DNA from: Eledone cirrhosa
Lineage: Eukaryota
Reading direction: 5' to 3'
NCBI GenBank assembly: GCA_964016885.1
Contig: OZ024743.1
Coordinates: 301,134,001-301,198,000, forward strand
DNA length: 64,000 nt
A program made the position numbers and the translations under genes. A model generated the notes under the pieces. The model was not told the origin of the DNA. It searched no databases and worked only from the letters and a program-made list of their open reading frames with translations. Shown piece by piece: positions 1 through 15,046 of the stretch (position 1 is its first letter; every line of letters begins with the position of its first letter).

Positions 1-423
1 AGACATATACAGTGCGCTATCAATAAAACAGGGAAAAAACCACCAGTGTATGGAATCTATAAACTGTGATAGGCAGACTATAGACACGATAATTAAAAAT
101 AAAAATTAAAGCGTAAATAAATACCTCTATAACTATGTAACACACGTATAAATCCAAAGAGATCTGTTTCGCCTGTCATTTGTTGCCAGAAATGGAATAA
201 ACGGTTCCTCAGCATGTGTAAGGCTATACATTTCAGACAACACTAAGATCATTTTAAAAGGGACTGTCCAGCTACACGTGGGAGAGAGAAGTCACAGCGT
301 ATTTAAGGGCAGTGAACCAGTGGCCTCTGAGGCACGGGCTGCTAGAAAGGGCAGCCCAAAACCACTCAGAGAAGTGTGCTCAACCAAACAACGAGATAGG
401 AAAGACTGTTATAAGGAGCGAAA

Positions 424-642
424 TATCACGATAACTTAACGGAGCCACAGAGCCTCGACATTCCCTCGACATTCCCTGTAAATAATGTGCTCAGAGGAGA
501 AGAAATCCTTAGCGCACTGTATATCTCTAGTGTGTAACCTTTTCAACATATTGTATTTTAAAGATCTCAGGATTTCTTTGCCTTTGAGCACATGATTTAC
601 AGGGAATGGCGAGGCTCTACGGCTCGGTAAATTTATCGTGAT
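424..642. repeat. Imperfect inverted repeat (424-497 vs 581-642) ending at (TA)n
   Basis: tatcacgataac..agagcctcgacattccctgtaaataatgtgctca is the reverse complement of tgagcacatgatttacagggaatggcgaggctct..ttatcgtgata. Confidence 0.7.
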
Positions 643-667
643 ATATATATATATACATATATATATT

Positions 668-2164
668 TATTCATTATTGCTCTTCAGGCTATAACAGAGG
701 AGTTCAAGACCGGCTGCTCATGGGAACTCCTATACGCAGATGACCTAACGCTCATAGCTGAATCAATGGCCGAGCTAGAGAAGAAATTCCAAACATGGAA
801 GCACGGCCTAGAATCAAAAGGCCTTAAAATTAACATGGCTAAGACTAAAGTTCTAGTTTGTAGGAAAGAAAATAAGGCGCCGGTCCCTTCCGGGAAATGG
901 CCATGCTCAGTGTGTAGGAAAGGCGTAGGTAGAAACTCCATTTTATGTCCCAAATGCAAAGTATGGGTGCATAAATGATGTAGTGGGATCACAGGTAAGC
1001 TAACTAAGAACACAGATTTTACATGTGGCCGGTGCTCTGGTGCAATAAGTAGCAGCAAGTGCCCACAAAATACTAGCTCTTTCAACTGCGCAGAGGGTTC
1101 TATAGAAATGGTGGACAGCTTCCGTTACCTGGGTGACAAAATCAGCAGTGGGGGAGGGTGCGCCGAAAGTACAGAACTGGATGGAAAAAGTTCAGAGAGT
1201 TTATACCACTATTAGCCGCTAAAGGATTCTCCCTAAAAGTGAAAGGCAGGTTGTATGATGCCTGCATATGAACAGCAATGTTGCATGGCAGTGAGACATG
1301 GGCATTGTGTGCAGAGGATATACGCAGACTAGCGAGGAACGAAGCTTGCATGCTCCGCTGGATGTGTAATAGTAATATACGCGAACGGCAAAGCATAAAC
1401 GAACTAAGGAAAACATTAGAAATAAGAGGGATCAGATGTTGTTTACTCGAGAGAAGGCTACGTTGGTATGGTCACGTGATGCGCATGGAAGACGACAGCT
1501 GTATAACAAAGTGCAGGGCAATAAAGATAGATGGTAGCCACGGAGTAGGCAGACCCAGAAAAACCTGGGACGAGCTGATAAATTCCGACCTCACACACTT
1601 ACACCTCCCCAAGACAATGTCACTGGACCGAGACCTTTGGCGGTACTCAGTAACAGAGAAGACCCGCGTTACCTAAATACAAAGTAAAACCTACTACATT
1701 CAGTAGGCATCTCTAACAAAATACACCCCCGTCCCACCACCCCCACCCCATCCACACCGCCCCTTTCAATGTGAAGTTATGTTGGTGCCACAAAATCCAG
1801 GCCGAAACAAATGAGATCGTGTAGGTGTCACGAAAAAAAAACAAAAACACACAGTCCTCGCTGTAATGTGACCGTGTAGGCAACACGGTAAAAACGTCCC
1901 AGTCCCACACTGTAAATGTGGTTGGTGTTAGGAAGGGCATCCAGCTGTAGAAAACCTGCCAGACAGTCCACGCTGTAATGTTGCCGTGTAGGCAACACGG
2001 TAAAAACCTCCCAGCTCCACACTGTGAATGTGGTTGGTGTTAGGAAGGGCATCCAACTGTAGAAAACCCGCCAGACAGTCCTATGCGAGCAAGACAACCA
2101 CTCTTGCCTCAAGTGGGAAAACTCCCGTCCAAACCCATGCAAGCATGGAACACGGACGTTAAAC

Positions 2165-2197
<33 letters not shown>
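668..2197 (+). mobile_element. 5'-truncated RTE-clade LINE: RT C-terminal half, Cys/His finger, 3' UTR, (GAT)n tail
   Basis: Translates FIIALQAITEEFKTGCSWELLYADDL, then WPCSVCRKGVGRNSILCPKCKVWVHK*CSG..FTCGRC, MLHGSETW, RRLRWYGHVMR, GRPRKTW. Stops and frameshifts present. Ends in (GAT)n at 2165-2196 and is flanked by (TA)n. Confidence 0.9.
1851..2081 (+). repeat. 112-bp tandem duplication in the RTE 3' UTR
   Basis: acagtcc recurs at 1851, 1963 and 2075. Both units carry ccgtgt-aggca-acacgg and ggttggtgttaggaagggcatcca. Confidence 0.85.
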
Positions 2198-2213
2198 AAT
2201 GTGTATATATGTG

Positions 2214-2315
<102 letters not shown>

Positions 2316-2403
2316 TGTATACGTGTGTATATATGTATTTATATGTGTATGTGTGTGTATTTATATGCGTATATATGTGTACATGTATGTATATATATAT
2401 GTG

Positions 2404-2435
<32 letters not shown>

Positions 2436-2436
2436 C

Positions 2437-2500
<64 letters not shown>

Positions 2501-2557
2501 ATATATATATATGTATATATATATATATGTATGTATATGTATATGTATATGTATATG

Positions 2558-3139
2558 TGCTACTGGTAACACGTATCCCAGCACAACCTGTATCATGGTC
2601 GGGTCATTGGCGACTAAACTGGCAACACGACCATGGTTACTTGGTGAGGGGGGTGACTTTGGACATCTTGCAGGACTAAAAACAAAACCTGTCATAGGGA
2701 AAAGGAGCTCTTAAGAGTCAACGGCTATCCAAAATCACCGGGAGAGATGACCCATTAACCTTTGTCAAGGCAGAATTCTAGGAGAAGGAAAACTCTGATA
2801 TAACACCTGCAAACCTGATGGTATCCAATGATGTTGACTTGTTCTTCTTTTTGGTAAATATCATTATGGTTAAGAGAGTGGGACTAGCTTAGTGCAGTGC
2901 CTTTGCTCACTATAAAAGCTTCACGGCACAGGCATTGCTTTATATTTGGAGATCTCTCTGCACTTGTCGTCACGTGGTACCATAGGGCCCAGCACTATGT
3001 GTCAATAATTGTCACAAGTGTAGTGTTTGTACCAGAGTTTTCAAGTCCCTGGCTGGACTAAAATGTCACACTCGTTCAGCACATCGATGAGGGGTTCTCT
3101 TACAATGGCAGTACTCGAAAACAAGTTGGCAGCCACCAT
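2558..3139 (+). mobile_element. Short non-autonomous RTE derivative (RTE-like 5' region joined to the RTE C-terminal C2H2 end)
   Basis: 3' part encodes [23 protein letters not shown] (C2H2 finger typical of RTE ORF ends). 5' part has ctaggagaaggaaaactctga, which resembles RTE 5' regions. No RT in between. Bounded by microsatellites. Confidence 0.5.
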
Positions 3140-3282
3140 ATGTATATATTTATATATGTGTGTATGCGTATATGTATATATATATATATGTATGTATATG
3201 TATATATATGTATATATATGTATACATGTGTGTATGTGTGTATATGTAAGTATATATATGTGTGTGTGTATATATCTGTGTG

Positions 3283-3318
<36 letters not shown>

Positions 3319-3319
3319 C

Positions 3320-3402
<83 letters not shown>

Positions 3403-3560
3403 ATTAGTATATCTACCAACATATGTATACAGATGTATACCCATGCTAGCAAATATATATTTTATGTCTTAGTACCTTTGTGGTTCTATGCAGGGTGATG
3501 CAGAACAATTATATGAAAGACGTAAAATAAGAACATTTTAAAATTTTCTTATTTTACGTC

Positions 3561-3643
<83 letters not shown>

Positions 3644-3685
3644 CATATATTATATACATACACACAGGTATATACACACACACAG

Positions 3686-3722
<37 letters not shown>

Positions 3723-3729
3723 CACACAG

Positions 3730-3867
3730 ATCCAGATTCAGACGTCGAAACGGCTTGAACTCAGCCGTCGGGGTCCTACTCGTTCCTATTACCCACTCTA
3801 CTACCCTAAGTATTGAGTACTTTGGTGCGTTGGGTCCACCTGGTTCCTTACCACATTTCCTTCGTTA
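3730..3867 (+). mobile_element. PLE terminal remnant with the 3' half of a hammerhead (same family as 21153-21368)
   Basis: GAAACGGCT-TGAACTC-AGCCGTC gives stem III plus a GUC triplet. Near-identical to 21230-21368 and ends in (TA)n. Confidence 0.65.
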
Positions 3868-3872
3868 TATAT

Positions 3873-3925
<53 letters not shown>

Positions 3926-3961
3926 TGTATATGTTTATATATATATATATGTATATGTATA

Positions 3962-5401
3962 AAACTTTGATAACTTTGATAGGTTTCGGCTAGTATTGGC
4001 CCAGGCCATCTCTAACTTAATAGCACCCCCTTGCGAAGTCTTACAAATCTGTGTTTGGACACCATGGCCCACTCGAGCAGAGAGTTATTGTTTACGGGGG
4101 AATATCCGGGTGTAGGACGCTTATCCGGGATTTCCTGAAGGAATTTATCGAAAAACTTCTTGACCTTGATGGGGTCTGTCTCTGCTTTGATGTATTTTGG
4201 CCAATTGAGTGCAGGGCCAATTGAGGTGAAATAATTCTGCCGTATTGCTTTTATGCGATGCGAGTGGGATTTTTGTCGTTTGTGGATAGCACAGAACCCA
4301 ATCCTTGGGTGTACACTAAAGGTGATCCTAACATCATTTAGGCTAAGCTGATGGAATATTTTCCACATTATACAGATAATGTAGCGCTCACGGCGACGTT
4401 GAAGAGAATACAGTTTGAGCTTTTCTAATCGACCCTAATAGTCAAAACCTGTCATGCCAACTATCTTTTTTGTAATTGAACTTTGGGGTGCTTCAACTTT
4501 CATGATACTTTGTTTCGAATAGGGTGATCACAGTGGACAACAGTATTCAAAATGGGGTCGAGCAAAAGTGGAGAAGAGAAGGACAACAGTGTGGATATCT
4601 CTCGACTGGAAAGTTCTGAGAATCCAGGAACACATTCTGCCGCACATAACAACTTTGCTGTTTATATGAATGGCCCAGCTTATATTGTTGTCCACAATTA
4701 CTCCCAGGTCTCTGATGTTATTGGAAGCCAGTAAGTTTCACCCAAGAAGAGAGTATTGTAGTTTCAGGGCATGCTTTTTTTCCAAAGTGGAATAGTTCAA
4801 ATTTATCCTCATTCAACAGCATATTATTCAATTCTGCCGTTGGATAACAGCCAGTAGGCCTGATTGAAGGCAAGTCCGGCCACCCACCTCATTGCTGACT
4901 CTTTGGAGCTTGGAATCATCTGCGAAGATTCTGATGTTGCTGTGTTTGATGATGTCAGTAATGTCATTAATGTAGATGATGAAAAGAAGTGGACCCAACA
5001 CAGTGCCTTGTGGGACGCCCCTGCTGACTCTGGCAGGGCTTGATTTTACTCCTGCGACTACAACATGCTCAGTTCTGCCTGTCAGGAAACATTTGATTTC
5101 ACTGTAGTAACCTTCCAGAGACACCAACATTGGATAGCTTTTTCAGTAGAATCTGATGATGAACCCTGTCGAAGGCCTTGCTGAAATCAAGGTAGATGAC
5201 AGCAGTGTTGGAACCCTCTCTAAAGGCTCTCAAAACATCGTCAAAGTGATGCAGGGGCTGCGTCAGGCAGTCCCTTCCATTACGGAATCCATGTTGGTTG
5301 GAGTTCAGCAGGCCGTTGCTTTCAAGAAAATGAGTTACTCGTGATCTTACCACCCTCTCAAATAACTTGATAATATGAGAGGTGAGTGAGATCGGACGGT
5401 A
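3962..5401 (-). mobile_element. CR1/L2-group LINE fragment (RT, 3' end)
   Basis: Minus-strand QHGFRNGR, YLDFSKAFDRV, GVPQGTVLGPLLF, IFADDSKL. 3' end has a short tandem (ATCAAAGTT)2 tail next to (TA)n. Confidence 0.88.
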
Positions 5402-5842
5402 GTGTGATAGGTAATATTATAGGCGCCTAATATTTTGAACTGGTATATATAATTCTCTTGGCCTTTGTCACTCTAAGTAGAGCTTTAAAGTATTAGCTTT
5501 TAAGAAATTTCCCTTTTCTTTATTCCATCAAACATAACCGACCCCAACCATCTTATAGACACCGGCATTGTTAGCTGAAGAGAAACTAAAAAATAAGGAG
5601 TGGAACCCTAATTTGAACTTCTTTATAGAATTGTTTCTGCCTTTGTCACTCTGAATATAAATTATAGCCTTGGAGAATTAGCTTTTAATGAATTCCCTTT
5701 TCTTTCAACCAATGACCTCCACCCATCCCAGTCCCTAACCTCTCGTACCACCTGAAAAGATATAAATACCACATTTATTTTTGACAGCCAGATTCCTGAT
5801 GGTTTCTAATGAATGAAACAGTTCTAGTCCTGTAGAATGTCA
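5402..5842 (+). mobile_element. PLE 3' remnant (endonuclease end and UTR)
   Basis: KEWNPNLN resembles the end of PLE GIY-YIG domains. HHR at 5792-5838. Ends in (TA)n. Confidence 0.5.
5792..5838 (+). ncRNA. Type I hammerhead ribozyme motif (A9G variant)
   Basis: AUUC-CUGAUGG-UUUC/UAAU/GAAU-GAAA-CAG..CUG-UA-GAAU. Stems I, II and III all pair. Confidence 0.55.
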
Positions 5843-5851
5843 TATATATAT

Positions 5852-6177
<326 letters not shown>

Positions 6178-6213
6178 ATATATATATATATATTTTTTTT
6201 TTCTCACATTCTT

Positions 6214-6244
<31 letters not shown>

Positions 6245-6251
<7 letters not shown>

Positions 6252-7490
6252 AAAATGAAGAGTAACATGGTTGACTGTACAATAAGGGCTTTATTTAAAG
6301 TACTGACAATTACTTCGTTGATCAGGTGAGTATAGAGTTCGTTAATCGCTTGATGTTGCGTCATTCGATCTCTGGCAGCTAAACAACCTAGAATACAAGA
6401 TTAGCTGGTCAATATTATCGGTAGAAAAAGCCTACACCAACGGTATGTCCCACTGCGGGCTTTGTAATTTAGAACTACTACATGTTTTAAGGTACGATGG
6501 GATGCTTCTTAACAGCAACATAGAAAGATCTATTCTTGTACACATAAAATAGCTACTAGATTCACAAACTTCAAACCACCATGATTTGCACCAGCAATCC
6601 CAAAAGTAGTATTGAACCACTTAGATTTTAACATATAGATTACACACCATCGCACTGCTATTAGCTATCAAACGGTCAACTGGTCACTGGATCATAAATC
6701 TCTGAACAATTCTTTCACCTTCTCTGCTTGAAACAGCATCAACCCCATTAAGTTAGAACAATCAACAAAACATTTACAACAAGCGTTTATCAAATGTCCC
6801 GTCATTCCTAGCTCATAAATATCATACATGTATCCACCAATTAATCTCTAATGTATTGTCTTTTCTTTTATGGGACCCTCTACACGTATCTATGTACACT
6901 ATGTACTTACACGCTCTCACTTATTTATTTATTTATTTATTTATTTATATTTTCAATTTTCTCATCTTCTCATTTTTTTAATGTACCCTATCTCATATTT
7001 TACTTTTTACTTTTTACATCTGTAACTTCTCTACCTATTTACCATACATGTTTTATTATTGATGTTATTGTTTAGATTATACGCTATTGTATTATTGAAG
7101 TTATTATTTTGATTATACGCTATTTTTCTATATAAGTCTTGCCTCGAGAGAATTACTTTCATATCTAGGTGCTCTGATGGTGTTGACGAGAGGTAAATAA
7201 TGTATTGGAGATCGAATGACGCAACCTCAAGCGATTAGCGAACTCTAGATTCATCTGATCAACGAAACAATTGTCAGCACTTTAAATAAAGCCCTTATTG
7301 TATAGCCAACCATGTTACTCTTCATTCTTTAACTATTATTACTCGAAGTATAAACTGCATAGAAATTACCGCGAACTCGCTGCATAACTATGGAAGTATC
7401 TTGTTGAATCAAACAAAGCCGAACGTTAACACTATCCACGGCTTAGAGTACTCACAACCTCTAACTGGATTACTTATAACGATAAATTGT
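6245..7490 (+). mobile_element. PLE fold-back: short inverted arm 6245-6372, then endonuclease C-terminus, 3' UTR and tail
   Basis: 6374-6550 encodes WQLNNLEYKISWSILSVEKAYTNGMSHCGLCNLELLHVL, homologous to the end of ORF 22551-23981. 6245-6372 is the reverse complement of ~7208-7335. Confidence 0.8.
7169..7280 (+). ncRNA. Type I hammerhead with long stem II insertion
   Basis: GUGCU-CUGAUGG-U-GUUGA..(~70 nt)..UCAAC-GAAA-CAAUUG-UC-AGCAC. Confidence 0.65.
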
Positions 7491-7507
7491 TATCCCCCCC
7501 CCCCCCC

Positions 7508-7556
<49 letters not shown>

Positions 7557-7956
7557 TCAGGACTCCGAAGAATCATGTGTGTGTGTGCATAATTTATGTT
7601 GTAGTAAGCTCCATGTGATCAACTAATAAATAATCAATAAAAGAGAAACCAATTGCCATGCAAAGTTATGTAGTCGTTTTAGTTTTTCATTAAAGATAGC
7701 TCCGTCGTCAATTGATTATATTAATTCGTACATTCTTAGTCCCCAACCTGACAAACATCAAAGGAACTATCAACTGAGGCCTGTAGAATATGCAAATCTA
7801 AATCGAAATGATTGGAACATAATTTATGTGGCAAAGACTCGAACATAAATATAAAATAAACGTGTTATCGATATCCACCGAAGTAAATCTTTAAATATGC
7901 TGTAAGATATTACAGTCGTTCCGCCTCCTCCTCCTCCTACTACTACTACTACTACT

Positions 7957-7993
<37 letters not shown>

Positions 7994-8625
7994 TGGCAAC
8001 TTCTACTATATTTAACAAACTCATAGTTTATATAAAATATATAGTTACATAGATAATTTTTGATTATTTAACAAATAAACCTAACCTGCTAGGTAATCAT
8101 TCAATTCCTTTTCACATTTTCCATGAACATATTAAAAAAAGTGAAGCAGTTAGGAATTCATCATGTAGAAGAAATTAACCATTTCCTTAAGGTAAACGTT
8201 TGCAATGTGTGTCTATTATAAGTTGACAATAATGCCGTCTATCCAATTTCTAAACCTTCTTAAACCTTTGCACTTTACTTTTAAGATTCTATCGGAATCA
8301 GTGTAGTTTCTTTTCAGATAGAGTCAATGTATATATGAATTTAACAGTCCGAAATACGAAGAACCATTGAAAAGTGTAAGAGTTTATCTGTATAATTTCT
8401 TTATTGGGTTTATGAAACATTTGACACCATCAATAGGCAAGCAATATGGAATATTCCATAGACATTCGGATGCTCTGAGAATTTACGGGGCTGATATATT
8501 CCTTGCATAATGACACGAAGCCGTGGAATTGCGTTGAAGGTGATCTCTTTCTTGCCGATATATTGTTGAACGTATCAAGCAACATAAATAAATCATTCAC
8601 AAAACGCCAGTACCAACAGTTTTGC

Positions 8626-8841
8626 AAGAGATGTTAACATTAATGGACCTGTTATATTTATTTAAAGACATTGTTTCCAATTACAACCCGCCCGTCCCTT
8701 CAATCCATCTTATTTCTCATTTTTTCTTCTGATGAAGGACTAGCGTCTGAAATGCTGAGACGCTATTTCTGCTATATCAAGCGTTAACCCAATATATCCC
8801 TTTCATATACTGTACCGATTGTGTTGTTATTTCCGTATACC

Positions 8842-8846
<5 letters not shown>
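8626..8846 (+). mobile_element. PLE terminal remnant with HHR core (copy of 29643-29865)
   Basis: CUGAUGA-A-GGAC-UAGC-GUCU-GAAA at 8729-8752. Colinear with 29643-29865. Confidence 0.65.
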
Positions 8847-8880
<34 letters not shown>

Positions 8881-8904
8881 CACACACATATATATATATA
8901 TATT

Positions 8905-10085
<1,181 letters not shown>

Positions 10086-10199
10086 ATATATATATAATCC
10101 AAAATAGATCAATAAGGATAAGATCCCGTTAAGGGTGAAAGCAGCGATTCTTTGCTTAAACTCTAATCTGTTATTTTCGTATATATATATATAACTGTG

Positions 10200-10745
10200 T
10201 GTGTGTGTGAGTGTGTGCGTGTGTGCTGTCATAATGTGTGCGGCGATTCTGCCGATACAATCAAACACACCTGTTCGATTTCACCTCATTTAATTGTACA
10301 TTTCCAGTTGTTTAGTTTAATAATAAGAGGGTTGTTTATTTGGTTATTGTCAAAATTCCTTCCTGACAAAATCTGTGACGTTCTCAATGACTAATTGTTG
10401 TTTTTTTAACTCTTTATTTCTCTCTGTGCTACATCATCTTGGTTTTGTGAGGTGTGTGCTGTGAATCCAGGCTGCCTTTTATCCGCGCGCGCGTGTGTAT
10501 GTGTGGGTGTGTGTATGTAAATGTGTGTGTGAGTGTGTTTGTTTCTTTATTTATTATTAGTTGTGACATTATTCCTATTCCACTCAAGTCTTCAGTTTGG
10601 ATTTGGTTGGAGTTCGTTTATATTTGTCGCCTCTGTAATCTGTAGGAACATTGGTTATTTTCTGTGTGCGGATATGTTCTCTAGCTTTCCCCAGTATACC
10701 GTTATGGCGTGTTTGTTGAGTACAGATGCATTCACTCTATTTTAG
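10200..10745 (-). mobile_element. Decayed PLE 3' end related to element 41878-44772
   Basis: Minus strand SVLNKHA..GKLENI..MFLQITEATNINELQP..EWNRNNVTTN aligns with the C-terminus of ORF 42334-43767. Confidence 0.7.
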
Positions 10746-10955
10746 ATAAATAAACAATGGCAAGAACACCCGAGACGATGTGATAAGTTACCTGTTATTT
10801 GATGCATGAGATGATTTTGGTAAGCTGGAGAAGTGCCTGTGGAGTATGTCAGATATCATTGTGCGCACGACTTTTGACAGAAAACTCAAATGGCCAGATC
10901 AAATTGCATGCCTAGAGGGCAGCAGGCTCCCAAATGTAACATTGTATGGAGGGAG
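10745..10955 (+). mobile_element. Old RTE LINE fragment
   Basis: KLKWPDQIACLEGSRLPNVTLYG resembles the RTE motif LRWxGHxxRMxxxRLPKxxLYG. Confidence 0.5.
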
Positions 10956-10964
10956 AGGTGGGAG

Positions 10965-11109
<145 letters not shown>

Positions 11110-11702
11110 AACGGGTATGAAACTTCCGTGGTTATCGTTCGTCATATTGGGTGTAGCAAACTTTGACTTCTACAAACGGTACTGATTGTCCTTTTAAGAT
11201 CACAGTGTCTATCAATCTTGTTAAAGACGCACCAATATTATTTTAATAGATAAAAACAGAACAGAACATAAGGGAAATTACATGACGTGGGCAAAATATG
11301 TAGATAATTATATTTGACGAAAAGTGAAAAATAAATGTATGGAAAATGAAATATAGTTTAAGCGATGTGGAGGGAGATACATTTTGACTGATTGCAATAA
11401 ACACAGTAAGCCGGTGTGAAATACCGCCGAGATTAATGATTGAAACAGCATGCAAGTAATAAAGGGGGAGAATGCTCGAGGTCGAAAATTGTAACTCGAC
11501 AAAAGAACGCGGATGGTACCTTGTGTCTCACAAATACTATAGCAAAATTGAGAAAAGGTAGAAATACCCGCTTTCAATAGCCATCAAAATCGACGGACTG
11601 TGATTTGAGCACTAACAAAATTATACCGGATCCACCTTGGGTGGCATTGATGGTAACAGATAGGAGTACGCAATGTCATATTGATATCAATATCTTTTTA
11701 AA

Positions 11703-12436
<734 letters not shown>

Positions 12437-12548
12437 TAAGAGCAATTCCAACTTTGTCTGATTTACTCGTTTTATTTACAATCCTTCAAAATTTATAATG
12501 GTATTATAATGAAATAGTATGATAGAATATTAAATGTTAAGTGTTAAT

Positions 12549-12587
12549 TGAACAAGTACTTTCATGCTTTCGCAATCTTCAGTTTCA
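12549..12587 (-). ncRNA. Minimal hammerhead-like motif in a remnant between TA tracts
   Basis: UGAAA-CUGAAGA-U-UGC-GAAA-GCA-U-GAAA-GUAC-UU-GUUCA. Confidence 0.5.
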
Positions 12588-12683
12588 TAATGAGTGGTGA
12601 CAGTCAAGTTTGCAATTTTGAACTGTTGAACATTGCAAACTTGACTGTCACCACAGATCTCTCAGATGGTTGTTTATATATAT

Positions 12684-13920
12684 ATAAAGAAAAAGAGATG
12701 AAATCGAAAATGCAACTGGAGTCTTATTTTTTTTTTTAAATATATATATTTATTTGGTTCCTTTACCGGTTTCGCAGTTCTTCTGCTTTTCAAAAGTAGA
12801 GTTGAGATGGAGGGTCTGTGGTTTTTCTCACATCTGGTTGGTCTCTGAATGTTACCTGTTTTATATGGAAAAAGTGGCTCGAAATGCCAGGTTTTTCGAG
12901 AAGTAATTTGATTGGTTTGTCAATAATTATAATGAATTTCGCGCCAGTTCGCGTTACAATAGTTCTTCAAATAAGAAGAGGGGGGGGGGGGGGGGGGGGC
13001 AGGTTGTTTTTTTCATATATGAGTGTTTGAATTTCTTTTTACTTGAAAAAAGGAGGCTCACGAAGTTTTTTTTTTGGTTGGTTATAAATGAAATTATGGC
13101 TGTCACGTGAGCAAATTTTCATTAAATTTTTGTGCCCTTATTTGGAAATCCATTCTGTAGCCTTTTTTTAGAGAATTTTTTGATAAGTGAAAGATAATGG
13201 TCAAGAAAAAAGTATGGGAGAATTGTTCTGGTTCAGTGAATATGGTTAGTTCGCTGGGGTGTCAGAATTCAGATTTTCTATTGAATAAAGAAAGTAAAGA
13301 TATGTGTGTTTATTTGTGTGCTTGTGTGTGTGTGCGTGTGTGTGTGTGTGTTTGAATTTCTTTACTTTAAAAAAAGGTGGTTCACGAAGGCTTTTTTTTT
13401 AATAAACGTGATTTGATTGGTTATAAATGAAATTTGGCTGTCACGTGAACAAGTTTTCATTACATTTTTGCGCCTTTATTTGGAAAACTATTCTGTAGTC
13501 TTTATAGCGAATGTTATGACAATGGAAAGATAGTGGTCAAGAGAAATGGCATTGGGAGAATTGTTCTGGTTCAGTGAATATGGTTAGTTCGCTGGGGTGT
13601 CAGAGTTCAGATTTTCTATTGAAGTGAAGAGATGTATGTTTATTTGTGTGCTTGTATGCGTGTATGTGTGTGTGTGTGTATGTGTGTCTTGGAAGATGAT
13701 TCTATTAGTAGAAATGGGGGAGGGAGTTGTGTGTGTGTGTATATGGGTGTTATGTGTGTGTTTGCGAGTATGTGTGTGTTTGCGAGTATGGAGAGAATAT
13801 ATATTTGGTGTGTGTGTATATATATGTGTGTAGGAAAGTGGTTCTATTAGTAGAAATTAGTGTGTATATGGGTGTTATGTGTGTGTGTCCGAGTATGTTA
13901 AGATGGAGAGAATATGATAA
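12684..13920 (-). mobile_element. PLE 3' UTR remnant with internal ~335-bp duplication
   Basis: Start matches 6025-6170. 13025-13350 is repeated at 13350-13690. Confidence 0.6.
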
Positions 13921-14226
13921 TGTGAGTCTAAAGGCCGCTAATCACTCGAAGTTGCGTCACTCGACCGTAAATACAGTGTTTACCTCTGATCAACTCATCG
14001 GAATACTGGAGGTTTTACTTATGGCATTGGTATTCTTTTACAGCCGACCATTTTATGCTTCAAACTTTCACTATTATTACTCCAAGAATAACCTGCATAG
14101 GAATTATCGCGAACTCACTACCTAACTATGGAAACCTCTTGTTGAGTCAAACAACGCCGTACGTTAAAACTATCCATAATACGGAGTACTCACAACCTCT
14201 AACTTGATTACCTATAACGATAACTG
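13920..14226 (+). mobile_element. PLE terminal remnant related to 7250-7490
   Basis: Colinear similarity (ctgcatag.aattaycgcgaactc, gagtactcacaacctctaact). Confidence 0.65.
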
Positions 14227-14852
14227 TATGTATACATTTAAATATCATATATGTACTATGACTGTCTTTATTCAGGGAAAATTGACTGTTTCATCTAGAA
14301 AATAACAGGGGTGGATGGAGGGGGGGAGGCTGCAAATATTTATGATATTATACGGGCCTAGAAACGCAGATTGATTCCTCTGACACCGGGTGAAATACGA
14401 TCTTATCTTTCTTCATTATTTTAACAGTTTGTGTATGTAAAATATATATTTAAAATGTAATCGATGAAGACGGAGAAATCTTTGCGAATTATGAATGTAA
14501 ATTGACAATATATTATCTATAATCGATAAAACTCTATCGTGAATATTATAGTTGATTAAGTTGCTGACTATGAATTCTGTGTTTGCTACCTAACGTGAAG
14601 AAAAGTCTGATCGGCTAGATCGATGATCAAAGCATAGTCAGCCCGCATTTTTTGGATTACCTAGCTCTACACATTTCTATTAAACATGTTTTATTTTATT
14701 TACGGTATCATTTGATGTTCTATAAATACTAAATTTCTCATATAGATTATATGAGCGTGTATAAGTATGTATCACGTATACATTTGAACCAGTAAAAACC
14801 TCACTTCGTATATAGTGTATAAAAATGGAATCATGCTGTAATTATTATGAAG

Positions 14853-15046
14853 TAAGGCGGTGAATTGGTAGTATCGGTATTGGGTCGGACGCCATGCTTT
14901 GCATCAAGGAGTCACGCCCCTTTGCGATGTGAGTTCAAATCGCGCCAAGGTTAACTTTGCCACATCCTTACGGGGTCGATAAAATAAAGCACTAGTAATG
15001 CACTGGGATAATTACTGGCCTTGTGCCAAAATATAGGATCAATTAT
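14853..15046 (+). mobile_element. tRNA-headed SINE (MetaSINE-like central domain)
   Basis: B-box gagttcaaatc, then catccttacggggtcgataaaataaag and a ggccttgtgccaaaa tail. Several copies in the window. Confidence 0.8.

Noticed and set aside
976-978. In-frame TGA in the RTE finger (and DVA*PFD at 60520) as selenocysteine
   Set aside because: Single stops in decayed copies. The first fits CGA>TGA decay at an Arg position. No SECIS seen, and the PLEs here have C-terminal endonucleases, unlike Sec-coding Naiads.
8430-8627. ORF WYWRFVNDLFMLLD..SPSTQF as a degenerate PLE RT or host exon
   Set aside because: Only a faint resemblance to the RYVDD motif, with no supporting motifs or splice structure.
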